Under the pieces are notes generated by a model, which had not been told where the DNA came from, did no database searches, and saw only the letters and a program-made list of their open reading frames with translations. Shown here one piece after another: positions 14,491 to 24,352 of a stretch of 64,000 nucleotides of DNA. How positions within the stretch are numbered: position 1 is the first letter of the stretch; the number at the start of each line of letters is the position of its first letter. Origin of the DNA: Azolla caroliniana (Eukaryota; Plantae; Polypodiophyta). The position numbers and the translations under genes are program-made. Where the stretch lies: NCBI GenBank assembly GCA_043228905.1, contig JBHGNT010000016.1:14446001-14510000 (forward strand). The letters run 5' to 3'.

Positions 14491-17256
14491 ATCTCGACAT
14501 CGCCAATCGTGATGGGGATGTGAAGACATGCCCCATACAAGTCTTCGGTAGCTTTCGTAGCAGCACGGATCTTCCACCCATGATTCGTATTTATGGGCCA
14601 TCTTCCCTTCCTGTAGACCTCAGTCGACATAAGGTTGATTTCAGACCCATGGTCTATTAACTCTACGACTGTCTCTTTTCTTTCCCCTAACTTTACTGGC
14701 GTCTCCATCATTGCTTGCGCCCAATGAGGCTAAGTATAGTGGCTCTCCACCATATCTTCCTCGACTTCGTCTCTTGCCATTGTTATGGCATTCACTTTTG
14801 CTTTTAGTGGTTTCTCTTCTTCTTCGTCCGATTGTTGCCTTTTTCTCTTTACGAGGTTCACAATTGTATCATGGAACTCCTTCGTAATGCCGAGCAATTC
14901 CCTCAAGGACAAGGTCACGTGGCTATGAAGAACACGTTCGTTGAGAATCCTCTTCAAATCTGTCATCTGCTCTATGTCCGACCTTAGTTTATAGGTAGGC
15001 ATAATTCTTGTCTTCCAAACGGGGTCTTCGACACCAATCTTCAGAGGCCGTACCATTTATTCGACTCGTTTCCTTGACTCTTCTTTCTGGCTTGAGTCTC
15101 CATCCTCCATTCATAAAGCTCGAGTTGCTTCTGCATCTTCTTTCTTCTTCGTGCTCCTTGTTTCATGTCTTTTTGATGGGCTATCTTGCCCTTCCATCCT
15201 TTTTCTCTTTTCATCCACGAACACCTCATGGTTGTCACACATCACTTCCGCGAGTATGGTGTTGTCATCTACCAGATCCGACCATCCGGTGATACTTTGT
15301 ACACTTCGGTCCGCAAGCTCTACATCGTCCGAAGTAACTTTGCCCTTCTTCTTACACTCGAGAACAGAAGACCAAAACTTTGTTCCCGTTCTAGCAACTT
15401 CATTTTTATCTTTTCCGACTCTAATTCCAGCCAATGTAGCATAGTGCATCATATCCACATGAGTTGCCTCAACATCTTCCATAGATTTCTTCATTCCCCC
15501 TCTTTCGAAATTCACCCACAGGGGTCTTCGAGTTTCAGTCGAGCAAATCATGTTGTCATCCATGTATACGATATTTTGTCAGATGGCCTCTCGAAGGCTC
15601 GCGCAATCCCTTCTCATGTGGCCACACGCATCTAAAGGGTTCTTTTCCTTTGGGGCCCTAATGATTCATGTTGTTTAGCGTGACCATCTCGAACTTCTTC
15701 GCTAGCTCTTCGATGATGTCGTCATCAATCTTCTTTTCTTCCGGGCTACTTTGTTTGGGCAGCCCAGCTACTTTCGGTTGTCTTGTTTTCTCCCCGACAG
15801 TTGATCCCGCCAAGTCGGTGTCATCAACCCACTGTTGACGCTTGTCGAGCCTATTGCACGCCCGCTTCACCGCAATCCAATCTACCACAAGCCCATTTAC
15901 TTGGGAATCATCTTCAAGAAGAGTCCCCAATTCTCGTCTATCCTTTATGTCCACGGCTTTCAAGAAGTACAAAGTTTTGTCCTCCTCAAGCATCACTTAG
16001 TCTGTGGCAGGGAGACGACTATACATCTGGTCGAATTCGTCGTACACCCTCAAGGCGCTCATCTTCTTATTTTTCTTCTCTATCCACGTCATTAAGGCAT
16101 GTCGAGTCATCCTCGACAAATATTCCGTCGAGAACTCTGCCAATATCTCTTTCTCAAATTCGGACCATGTTGTCTTCCCTTCTTGAAGCTCAACGATGCG
16201 CCTTTGAATGTTGTTGGCGACCACTCTCTTGAAACTTGTAATTTGACGCGCTTCAGACACGTCCCTCTGATTCATCTCCCTTTTGTGTGCATAAAGGAAC
16301 TTCGTAATGCTCCTTCCGTCCAATTGACTCTCGAGCTCAACGACACGGTCCACAACCTTCTCCACGCTCGCATCGTTGTCTCGAGATCTCATCATTTGTT
16401 CGAAGATCAACATCATCCTTTCGAACTCTCCCGCTTGATTGCTTGAGGATGTCGACTTGATCCTTCCTACCGCCTCTTTCACGTCAGGTTCACCACTTAA
16501 TTATGTCGTGAAGATTCGTCACTACGTGCGGATCATGAGGTAGAACCGTCGGGGTTTTTGACCGGAAGGACTCGAAGTTTGCACTAGCTTTAGCGAGAAA
16601 GGAATTAAGATAGATTGAAAGAGAGAGAGAGAGAGAGAGAGAGATTGAGATAAGATAGAACGCTTGACTTTAGATTGAGAGAGATTAAGATTGAACTCTT
16701 GACTTTAGATTTGAAGAACAAGATTGATACATCAATTGGATAACGAATTTCTTACTTTTAATTTCTTGATTAATACATACCACCCATTTTTCTTCTTTAT
16801 CCACTCTTTTATAGACGCCCCCATGCATATGATGCATGTGAGGGTACAAGACATGCATACAATGCATGGAATTCATGTGATGCGTGTTTGCCATTTGGCG
16901 CTCATGCATTACATGTGATACATGATAACCATCTACAAGTATAATGATAAAAAAATTATTTCTAAGAAAATGACTCAACTTAGTGGTAAGTTTATTGTCT
17001 CCTATCTTGGAGGTGCAAGGTTCAAGCCTTTCTTGCATCCCTTTTATTACAAATTTCTAATAGGTTTTTTAGTCTAGATGATTTTGTTCGTTTCACACCG
17101 AAATCGTCGCGATCAACCTATCCGATCGATCCGCCTATCCAGTCCGCTTCCAACCCGGTGATCCGGTCTGGTTCCAATTTCGGTTTCGGTTCTGTCGTCG
17201 TCCGTACCTTCTGATTCCGTCGTCGTCTAGTGCCGGTGTCGGTTCCGGCTCCGCCA
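14491..17256 (-). mobile_element. Truncated tRNA-Trp-primed Ty3/gypsy fragment (LTR, PBS, gag, protease)
   Basis: LTR ~16504-17256; PBS 16478-16495 (one mismatch); gag fragments 16482-14730; protease ELIDHGSEINLM (14463-14711) truncated near 14490. Confidence 0.85.
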
Positions 17257-18664
17257 AAACCATTACAAGTAGTTAAGCCACAATTTAGCCCAAGAACGTT
17301 CTATGCTCCACACATAAACAAAAAGTAATAATCTTGCTCTGCTTATATACTGTGGGATCCTGATTTGTCCTATATATGTGGGATATTTCACAGTTTTGTT
17401 TTTCTCTTCTTCTTCTCAAACTTCACACTCACATAACTTGACACTAAGTTGTCCATTTCACATGTAGTAAAGTACATTCGGAAACTCTTGAAGACCTCCA
17501 TCTGTTGGGATATCGGTCCCTCCGAATGGGATGTCCGGAGATGAATGACGGCAAGCCCGGTTACGGTTACGGTGTCGTGAAGTACGAAAGCTTCACATTA
17601 AAAGTCTACAATAAGATAAATACGTAACTAAAATAACATTTGATAATGTTTTATAACAACACATATGATAATATTATATATATGTAAAGAAAAAATATAT
17701 ATATATATAGATAAATATATTATATTACACGAACAAGAGAGGACTTGAACCAATAAGCCCACCCTATGACTCTCAAATCTTACCATTTACTCTACACTAA
17801 TAATATTCATAAAATAAAGCATACTTTATATATACTTTATATTACATAAAGGATTTGCTTCATGATATAAAAATAAAGTTGCATGTTGTATTCAATAGTA
17901 TTTTGAGACTCGAACCCACAACCTCATACACTAAAGTCAACACACCTACCATTAGGCTAGGCCCTTTCTCTTTAAGATTATGTTTTCATGTTTATTGTTA
18001 TTGCATATATTGTTTCATACATAAAAGCTCAAATGAGCGAGATGTTTATCATGCATCACATGTAATGCATGAACGCCAAATGGCGATCATGCATCACATG
18101 CATTTCATGCACTACATGCATGATTTGTACCCTCCAATGCATCATATGCATGGGGGCACCTATTTAAATGGTGAAAGAGAAGATCAAAGGGGGATATGTA
18201 TGAGATATCAATCAAATTATGTATTACATAAGAGATACCATAAAATAGAGAAAGAAAGGAAGAAGTTCAAGAGAAAGGTGGAGCTCTAGCTTGGCGGTCG
18301 TGGTGGTCAACTCTCAACAAGAGGGAGGCGGTTCGAGCCTTATCTTCATTAAAATATTGAAGTGAAGATTGTAGTGGTCGACGATCAAGAAAGAGAAGAG
18401 CGATTACCTTGCAAGACAAAGTTCGGAGGTTCAACGACGTGAACAACCACTTTTGTAACTCTTTCATCAAATAATTATAAATCTCTTTTATTGCTTCAAA
18501 TATCATTCTATATCCTATCTTGTCATATCTTGTTGATCACTATTTATCTATCTCTACTCTTTCGTCTCTTCCGTCCATAATCCCAGTGATTCCTTCCTCA
18601 CTTTCACGATATCTTTTGTCTACGCAACGCTACGCTTCTAGGCGAGCCACGCCACGACACAAAT

Positions 18665-18682
18665 TGGTGAACCCGACGTGAA
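18665..18682 (+). promoter_or_regulatory. Primer binding site complementary to the 3' end of tRNA-Trp
   Basis: TGGTGAACCCGACGTGAA is the reverse complement of the plant tRNA-Trp(CCA) 3' end TTCACGTCGGGTTCACCA (sequence recalled, not searched). It lies 5 nt after the LTR. Confidence 0.8.
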
Positions 18683-18726
18683 ACGGGGAAGTAGAAGAGA
18701 CATCTAAAGTAAAGATCAACATCAAC

Positions 18727-20901
18727 ATGGCAAGTACGAGTACAATGGATCCGGTAATGTTGTTTATTGAAAAGTTGAATCAAGATCGATTATTTCATGC
18801 CTTACGAGAAGTCCGAGAGAAGATTGGTATGTTTGATGGCACAAATATTTCGAAGTATGTGAATATATATTATGATGAAATGGAAATGTTTGGTATAAAT
18901 GATGTCAATATGATAGCAAACTTTTATAAATTAGTGGACATGGAATTAAGAGATAGAATTCATGAAATACAAGCATTGCATAGTTTGGATTGGAATGCAT
19001 TCAAAGAAGCACTTGTGTCTGAATATGCTCGTGAGGATTTCTCTCGAGTTACTATGCGTTCATTTCATGAATGGATCTTAAAAGAAGATAAAGGGTTATC
19101 TGTGTCTGACACAAAAAGAGAGTTTGATAGGATGTATGGACACCTAAAGCCAGAAGAAAGAAATTCTTTGTCTTGGCAAAAGGTTGCTTTATTTTTGCAG
19201 GCAGTTGACAAGAGATATAGAAAAGAATTGGAATTTATGCTTGAAGTGCCAAATACCGAGGATGGTATAACGACAGATTGGAATGAGGTAACAAATGCTT
19301 GTAATAAATTTATGAAAAGAATGCAAAGGAATGGTGTAATGCTACAAATACCACATGTGGGAAACACAAATCGGCTTGAGCAAAACATCGAAGTTCAAAG
19401 ACTTGGTCGAGAACCATCACACGAAATGGTCCATCAACCACGAGAAATGACGGGAACTAAGAGTGAGTTTTTGCTTGATGATTTAGTTCAAAGTATGAAA
19501 GATCTAACAATTAAAGTGGCAAAGCTTGAGAATGGTCAGACTTCGAGGTCAAGGGAACCATTTCGACCTCGATGCATGTGGTGTGATAGTCTCGACCATC
19601 GTCTACGTGATTGTGAAGAATATAAAGACATGGAGAATCGAGACTTGGTCTATTGGAAAAATGGTAACATTTACTTAACTGAAACTAGATCTCTGCTTAC
19701 AAAGAACTTTGGTGATGGTGGTGTTAAGGTTAAATTTGAAAAAGCTGAAGCAAAGAAGGCTTCCGCAATGTACTACTCGGCAACGGCAGGGGTGCGTCTC
19801 GATGACATGCCATCCCGATCACCATTCTGGGAGAAGGTTGTAAGTACCGCACAAAAACAAAAGATGAAGATGGAAGACCTTCGTGTTGCCGGAGATTCTG
19901 TGAGGAAAAACACTGGATGGGATGTTCCAGTAGATGTTATGACAGTCTATGCTCAAATGGCAGAACACCAAGAGCATGAGGTGATAGTGGAAGAAAAAAG
20001 GAAAAGATCGGATGATGAGATTGGCTCAACCAAAAAGCATGAAACAAGAGAAAGCAAAAGAAAAGAGATGGACGCAAAAGTTGAAAAAGGTAAATCTGGT
20101 CCTTCATTCAAATTAATGTCTGATATTGAAAAGGATACAGATTTAAAGAAAGTTTTAGAAACAAGAATACTAGACAGCCGAGTAGAATTTACACTAAGAG
20201 AAGTATTAGGTATTGCAAAAAAGGAATTTCATGATGAAATAATTGATATTGTGCGAAGAAAGAAGCAAGTAAATGAGCAGGTTAAAGAGACAAATCCGAA
20301 GGTGGCATATGAAGTGGTGAGCAACGAGTCAAACAATATTGTTGTTGACTCTCAACATGCATCAACCTCAATGATAAATTCAACAGATGTAAGAAGCCAT
20401 TACTCTCTCAAATGTTGGGCAAGAGCCACTACTGAGCATCATGTGAAGATTGGAAATGTTCCAGACCCCGTCATGGCACTTATTGATCATGGTTCTGAAA
20501 TAAATATAATGAGTGCTGATTTTTACAGGAAAGGTAGATGGCCAATTGATACTCAACATGGTTGGCGAGTAAAAGCTGCCACATCAGTCACGGAAGATTT
20601 ATTTGGTGCATGCCCAAATGTAAAGGTTACTATTGGTGATATAGAGGTAGATCAACATTTCTTTGTGCAGGAAGGATCTACCTATCCAATAATCCTAGGG
20701 CAACCATACATTACAGCGGTACGAATGGAGACCAAAGTCCTCGACAATGGTTCTGCCTATGCGAAAATCCGTAGCCAAGATGGACGACGAACTGTACAAT
20801 TTATGACAGTTCGCCCAAATCATGAGAGGAACAAGCAAGAGCTTCGTGATCATTTAATACCAAAAGACTGTGATGATTTTGATAATCAGGTTTTTGACTA
20901 G
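18727..20901 (+). CDS. Gypsy ORF1: Gag (CMWCDSLDHRLRDC knuckle) plus aspartic protease (ALIDHGSEINIM)
   Basis: Uninterrupted 724-aa ORF directly after the PBS. Confidence 0.92.
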   Translation: MASTSTMDPVMLFIEKLNQDRLFHALREVREKIGMFDGTNISKYVNIYYDEMEMFGINDVNMIANFYKLVDMELRDRIHEIQALHSLDWNAFKEALVSEYAREDFSRVTMRSFHEWILKEDKGLSVSDTKREFDRMYGHLKPEERNSLSWQKVALFLQAVDKRYRKELEFMLEVPNTEDGITTDWNEVTNACNKFMKRMQRNGVMLQIPHVGNTNRLEQNIEVQRLGREPSHEMVHQPREMTGTKSEFLLDDLVQSMKDLTIKVAKLENGQTSRSREPFRPRCMWCDSLDHRLRDCEEYKDMENRDLVYWKNGNIYLTETRSLLTKNFGDGGVKVKFEKAEAKKASAMYYSATAGVRLDDMPSRSPFWEKVVSTAQKQKMKMEDLRVAGDSVRKNTGWDVPVDVMTVYAQMAEHQEHEVIVEEKRKRSDDEIGSTKKHETRESKRKEMDAKVEKGKSGPSFKLMSDIEKDTDLKKVLETRILDSRVEFTLREVLGIAKKEFHDEIIDIVRRKKQVNEQVKETNPKVAYEVVSNESNNIVVDSQHASTSMINSTDVRSHYSLKCWARATTEHHVKIGNVPDPVMALIDHGSEINIMSADFYRKGRWPIDTQHGWRVKAATSVTEDLFGACPNVKVTIGDIEVDQHFFVQEGSTYPIILGQPYITAVRMETKVLDNGSAYAKIRSQDGRRTVQFMTVRPNHERNKQELRDHLIPKDCDDFDNQVFD

Positions 20902-23900
20902 GACTGTTGCGAGTGAGGGTTGCAATAGTCCCATTATTAAAAGACCCTCATATAGGGCATTACAACATATGAATAAGTCATTTCATGTTTCTGAAAGTGG
21001 TGCTATATGTGTGACTAGGATGTATGAATGCAAGAGGAACTTGAAAAAGAATGCTAATCTGTTTCAGCAGGCATTGAAGGATACTGGAGTACTTGAAATG
21101 GAAGAGCAGATTGAAAGTGTTATGGAAGAAATTTCTTTTGCAAATACTTTAGAAGAGTTAGAAATGTATTTGAAAGAAGATGATGAGAATGTTAGAAAGA
21201 TACATGTAAACTCAATTGATATGTATTATGAGATTGATAGGTATAATTGTAAATATGAAGAAGTAGAAAGTTTATGTAATACAAAATACAAAACAATAGA
21301 TAAAAAGGTCAAACCTGCTGCAGTACCATTACCTATTGGTAGTGAAGAGAAGATGGAGGCAGCAGCAACCGAGCCTATGCTTCGACCAATAGAGAAGATC
21401 GGACATCACTTCACTTCGGAGACAATAAATAACTTGAGAATCGGAAGGGGTGAATTTCTTCTGCAATCAGAGATCGTGACTTTCAAAGAAATGATCTTTA
21501 GGCATGGGAAAGCGTTTGCATTCAAAGCTGAGGAGATTGGTTGTGTAAATCCAAAGGTGGTGACGCCAATGGTAATATTTACTATCCCTCATATTCCTTG
21601 GAATTTTAAACCTATTGCAGTACCGAGAGCTCGATTACCTCAATTGTTGGAGTTGCTGAAGGATAAAGTCAAGATGAAGATTTTAGAGCCTTCAAATGCA
21701 CCATACTCCAATAGATGGTTCACAGTTCCAAAGAAAGATGGTTCTCTAAGATTCATTCAAGATCTACAACCAGTCAACAAAGTCACAATCCGAAATGCGG
21801 GAATCGGACCGATCGTTGATGAATTTGCGGAAGCGTTTGCTGGCAGAGCGATTTACTCTATGGGAGACCTATATTCAGGATACGACCAATTTCAACTAGC
21901 AATTGATAGTCGCAATATCACAACAATGAAAACACCAATTGGGTTGGTTCGAATGTGCACTCTACCTCAAGGTGCGACGAATTCGGTTGCTCATATGATG
22001 AATGCAATGAACAAAGTTCTACATGAATACATCCCAAAGGTAACTATGCCATTTTTAGATGATATTCCTATTAAGGGATGCTTAGAAAGAGAGAAAGATG
22101 AGACTATGGTTGGAAATGGTTGCAGAAAGTTTGTGATGGATCACATTAATGACTGTGAAAATATTTTAAATAAGCTTGAGCAGGTACATTTGACACTATC
22201 AGGAACAAAGTCTTGCTTTGGGCAAAACGAAGTTCTAATAGTTGGTCATATGTGTGGGTGGTATGGGAGGAAGCCTTCACCGATCAAAATTAACGCAATA
22301 CAAAATATGAAGGAAGTTTGCGACTCGGTAACAGAGGTGAGAAGATTTTTGGGTGCATGTGTGTTTTATCATATTTGGTTACCACACTTTGCACATGTCT
22401 CAGATCCTCTCTACCAACTTTTAAGAAAAGGAAAGAAGTTTATTTGGACTGATGAACATACACAAGTTGTTCAACAGCTGAAAGAAGCATTACTGAAAGC
22501 ACCAGTTCTTCGTCAACCAGACTACAAAGGTGAAAGACCAATTATAGTAACAGTTGATACTAGCCCAATCGGGATCGGTTGGGTTATCAACCAAGAAGAT
22601 GAAGACCAACATCGATATGCTATCAGATTTGGAGCAAAGATATTAAATGAAAGACAAAGAAACTATGCACAAGTTAAACGAGAATTGTGGGGTTTGCTTA
22701 CTGCATTAAAAACAGATAGAGATTACTTGATCGGAGCAGATGTAGTGGTTGAAACAGATTGTTTGCCACTCATTGGAATGATAGCAAGTTGCACGACACC
22801 AGATATTGCAATGCTTCGGTGGATTGCATACATCAGAACCATGAACCCAGAATTGCGGCATATAAAGGGAAAAGACAACCCAGTTGCAGATATGTTGTCA
22901 AGGGCAAGGTTCATAAATGAAAAGGTGATGCAAACTGAATATAGGAACTGGGCAACTACAAGCCATCAATTTGCTCATCAAGAATCTATTACGCCTCATG
23001 ATGAGTTTAATGTAAGTATAATGTTCAAAGACACAGAGTATGAAGGTCAATGGTTAGAAATAGGAAATTTTCTAAAGACTCAAGAAGCCAACCCATCATG
23101 GTCGAAGAAACAATTAAATGAATTTCGAAGACGAGCATTCAAGTTTTTTTTACATGAAGGGCATTTATGGAGGCGTCCAAAAAGACCAACCGAAAATCCT
23201 CTTCGAGTCATTTGTAAGGATGACATTAAGAGAAAATTAATTAATGAATTCCATGATAGTTTGTGGGCAGGACATAGAGGCATATGGGCGACATTTATGA
23301 AGTTGAAAGAAAAGTATTGGTGGCCACATATGTATAAAGATGTAACGAAATTTGTGGAAACCTGTGAGGTTTGCCAGAGGTATTCAACTATCCGGTATCG
23401 AGATGAGCTAAAACCAACATATTCATCATCAATGCATTATAAATGGATGGTTGATTTAGTGACAATGCCACTTGGGGAAGATCAAATGCGATATTTAGTA
23501 CTAGCAAGAGAAGACCTTACAAACCAAGTAGAAGGAAGACCACTACGACAAAAAACAACTAGAGCTGTATGTAAATTTTTGTTAGAAGATGTAATATGTC
23601 GTTACGGGTGTGTTGGTAAAATAATTGCAGATAGAGGAGAACTCGACTCTGATGAAGCTAGAGAATTCTTCAGCCGAATAGGGGTCAAATTATCACTTAC
23701 AACTGCGTATAATCCAGAAGCCAATGGAAAGATTGAAAGAGGACATAGCCCAATAGTTAAGGCGATCGTGAAAAGCTGTAAAGGTAAAATAAGAGATTGG
23801 CCACGCATGCTACCTTATGCACTATGGGCGGATCGAACAACTCATAGTTCAGTAACAGGATACATGCCAGCTGAATTGATACTTGGCCAAAAGCCCATCA

Positions 23901-24352
23901 TGCCGATAGAAGAATCAATTATGTCATGGATATCTATTCCATGGAGAGAAGAGGTGAGCAGAGAAGAATTACTTGCTTTGCGAATTCAACAATTAGAGCG
24001 TCGACCTGAAGATATAGAAATAGCAGCCCAACGATTGAAGGAGGCTCGACTAAAGAATAAAATCCGTTTTGATAAAAGTCATAGAATTCGACCTAAGAAA
24101 ATAGAAGAAGGAGATTGGGTGCTCGTGTACGATAGCAGTTTAGATAATCAACATAGCACCGTCCGCAAGTTCGCTGAAAGATGGTTTGGGCCTTATATAG
24201 TAAGAAAAGTATATGATAACTTTACTTATAAGCTTAGTGAATTGGATGGGACACTAATCCTAAACGTGGTAGCTGGAAAGAGGATAAAAGTATTTAAGAA
24301 AAGGTTTGAGCTTGAACCTCCTCCGATAGATCAACATGAAGATGAAAGATAG
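20870..24352 (+). CDS. Gypsy ORF2: RT (LPQG, FLDD), RNase H, integrase
   Basis: Uninterrupted 1160-aa ORF in the +1 frame relative to ORF1; HHCC zinc-binding motif, integrase core and WFGPY motif; no chromodomain. Confidence 0.92.
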   Translation: MMILIIRFLTRTVASEGCNSPIIKRPSYRALQHMNKSFHVSESGAICVTRMYECKRNLKKNANLFQQALKDTGVLEMEEQIESVMEEISFANTLEELEMYLKEDDENVRKIHVNSIDMYYEIDRYNCKYEEVESLCNTKYKTIDKKVKPAAVPLPIGSEEKMEAAATEPMLRPIEKIGHHFTSETINNLRIGRGEFLLQSEIVTFKEMIFRHGKAFAFKAEEIGCVNPKVVTPMVIFTIPHIPWNFKPIAVPRARLPQLLELLKDKVKMKILEPSNAPYSNRWFTVPKKDGSLRFIQDLQPVNKVTIRNAGIGPIVDEFAEAFAGRAIYSMGDLYSGYDQFQLAIDSRNITTMKTPIGLVRMCTLPQGATNSVAHMMNAMNKVLHEYIPKVTMPFLDDIPIKGCLEREKDETMVGNGCRKFVMDHINDCENILNKLEQVHLTLSGTKSCFGQNEVLIVGHMCGWYGRKPSPIKINAIQNMKEVCDSVTEVRRFLGACVFYHIWLPHFAHVSDPLYQLLRKGKKFIWTDEHTQVVQQLKEALLKAPVLRQPDYKGERPIIVTVDTSPIGIGWVINQEDEDQHRYAIRFGAKILNERQRNYAQVKRELWGLLTALKTDRDYLIGADVVVETDCLPLIGMIASCTTPDIAMLRWIAYIRTMNPELRHIKGKDNPVADMLSRARFINEKVMQTEYRNWATTSHQFAHQESITPHDEFNVSIMFKDTEYEGQWLEIGNFLKTQEANPSWSKKQLNEFRRRAFKFFLHEGHLWRRPKRPTENPLRVICKDDIKRKLINEFHDSLWAGHRGIWATFMKLKEKYWWPHMYKDVTKFVETCEVCQRYSTIRYRDELKPTYSSSMHYKWMVDLVTMPLGEDQMRYLVLAREDLTNQVEGRPLRQKTTRAVCKFLLEDVICRYGCVGKIIADRGELDSDEAREFFSRIGVKLSLTTAYNPEANGKIERGHSPIVKAIVKSCKGKIRDWPRMLPYALWADRTTHSSVTGYMPAELILGQKPIMPIEESIMSWISIPWREEVSREELLALRIQQLERRPEDIEIAAQRLKEARLKNKIRFDKSHRIRPKKIEEGDWVLVYDSSLDNQHSTVRKFAERWFGPYIVRKVYDNFTYKLSELDGTLILNVVAGKRIKVFKKRFELEPPPIDQHEDER

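Noticed and set aside
17900-17965. Functional tRNA gene
   Set aside because: The acceptor and anticodon stems do not pair properly; only A/B boxes remain, so it is reported as a tRNA-like module.
17855-18289. His/Met-rich 144-aa ORF (also 24675-25109, 13074-13307, 16685-17038)
   Set aside because: Translation of the CATGCA array within LTRs; mostly non-ATG starts and no coding evidence.
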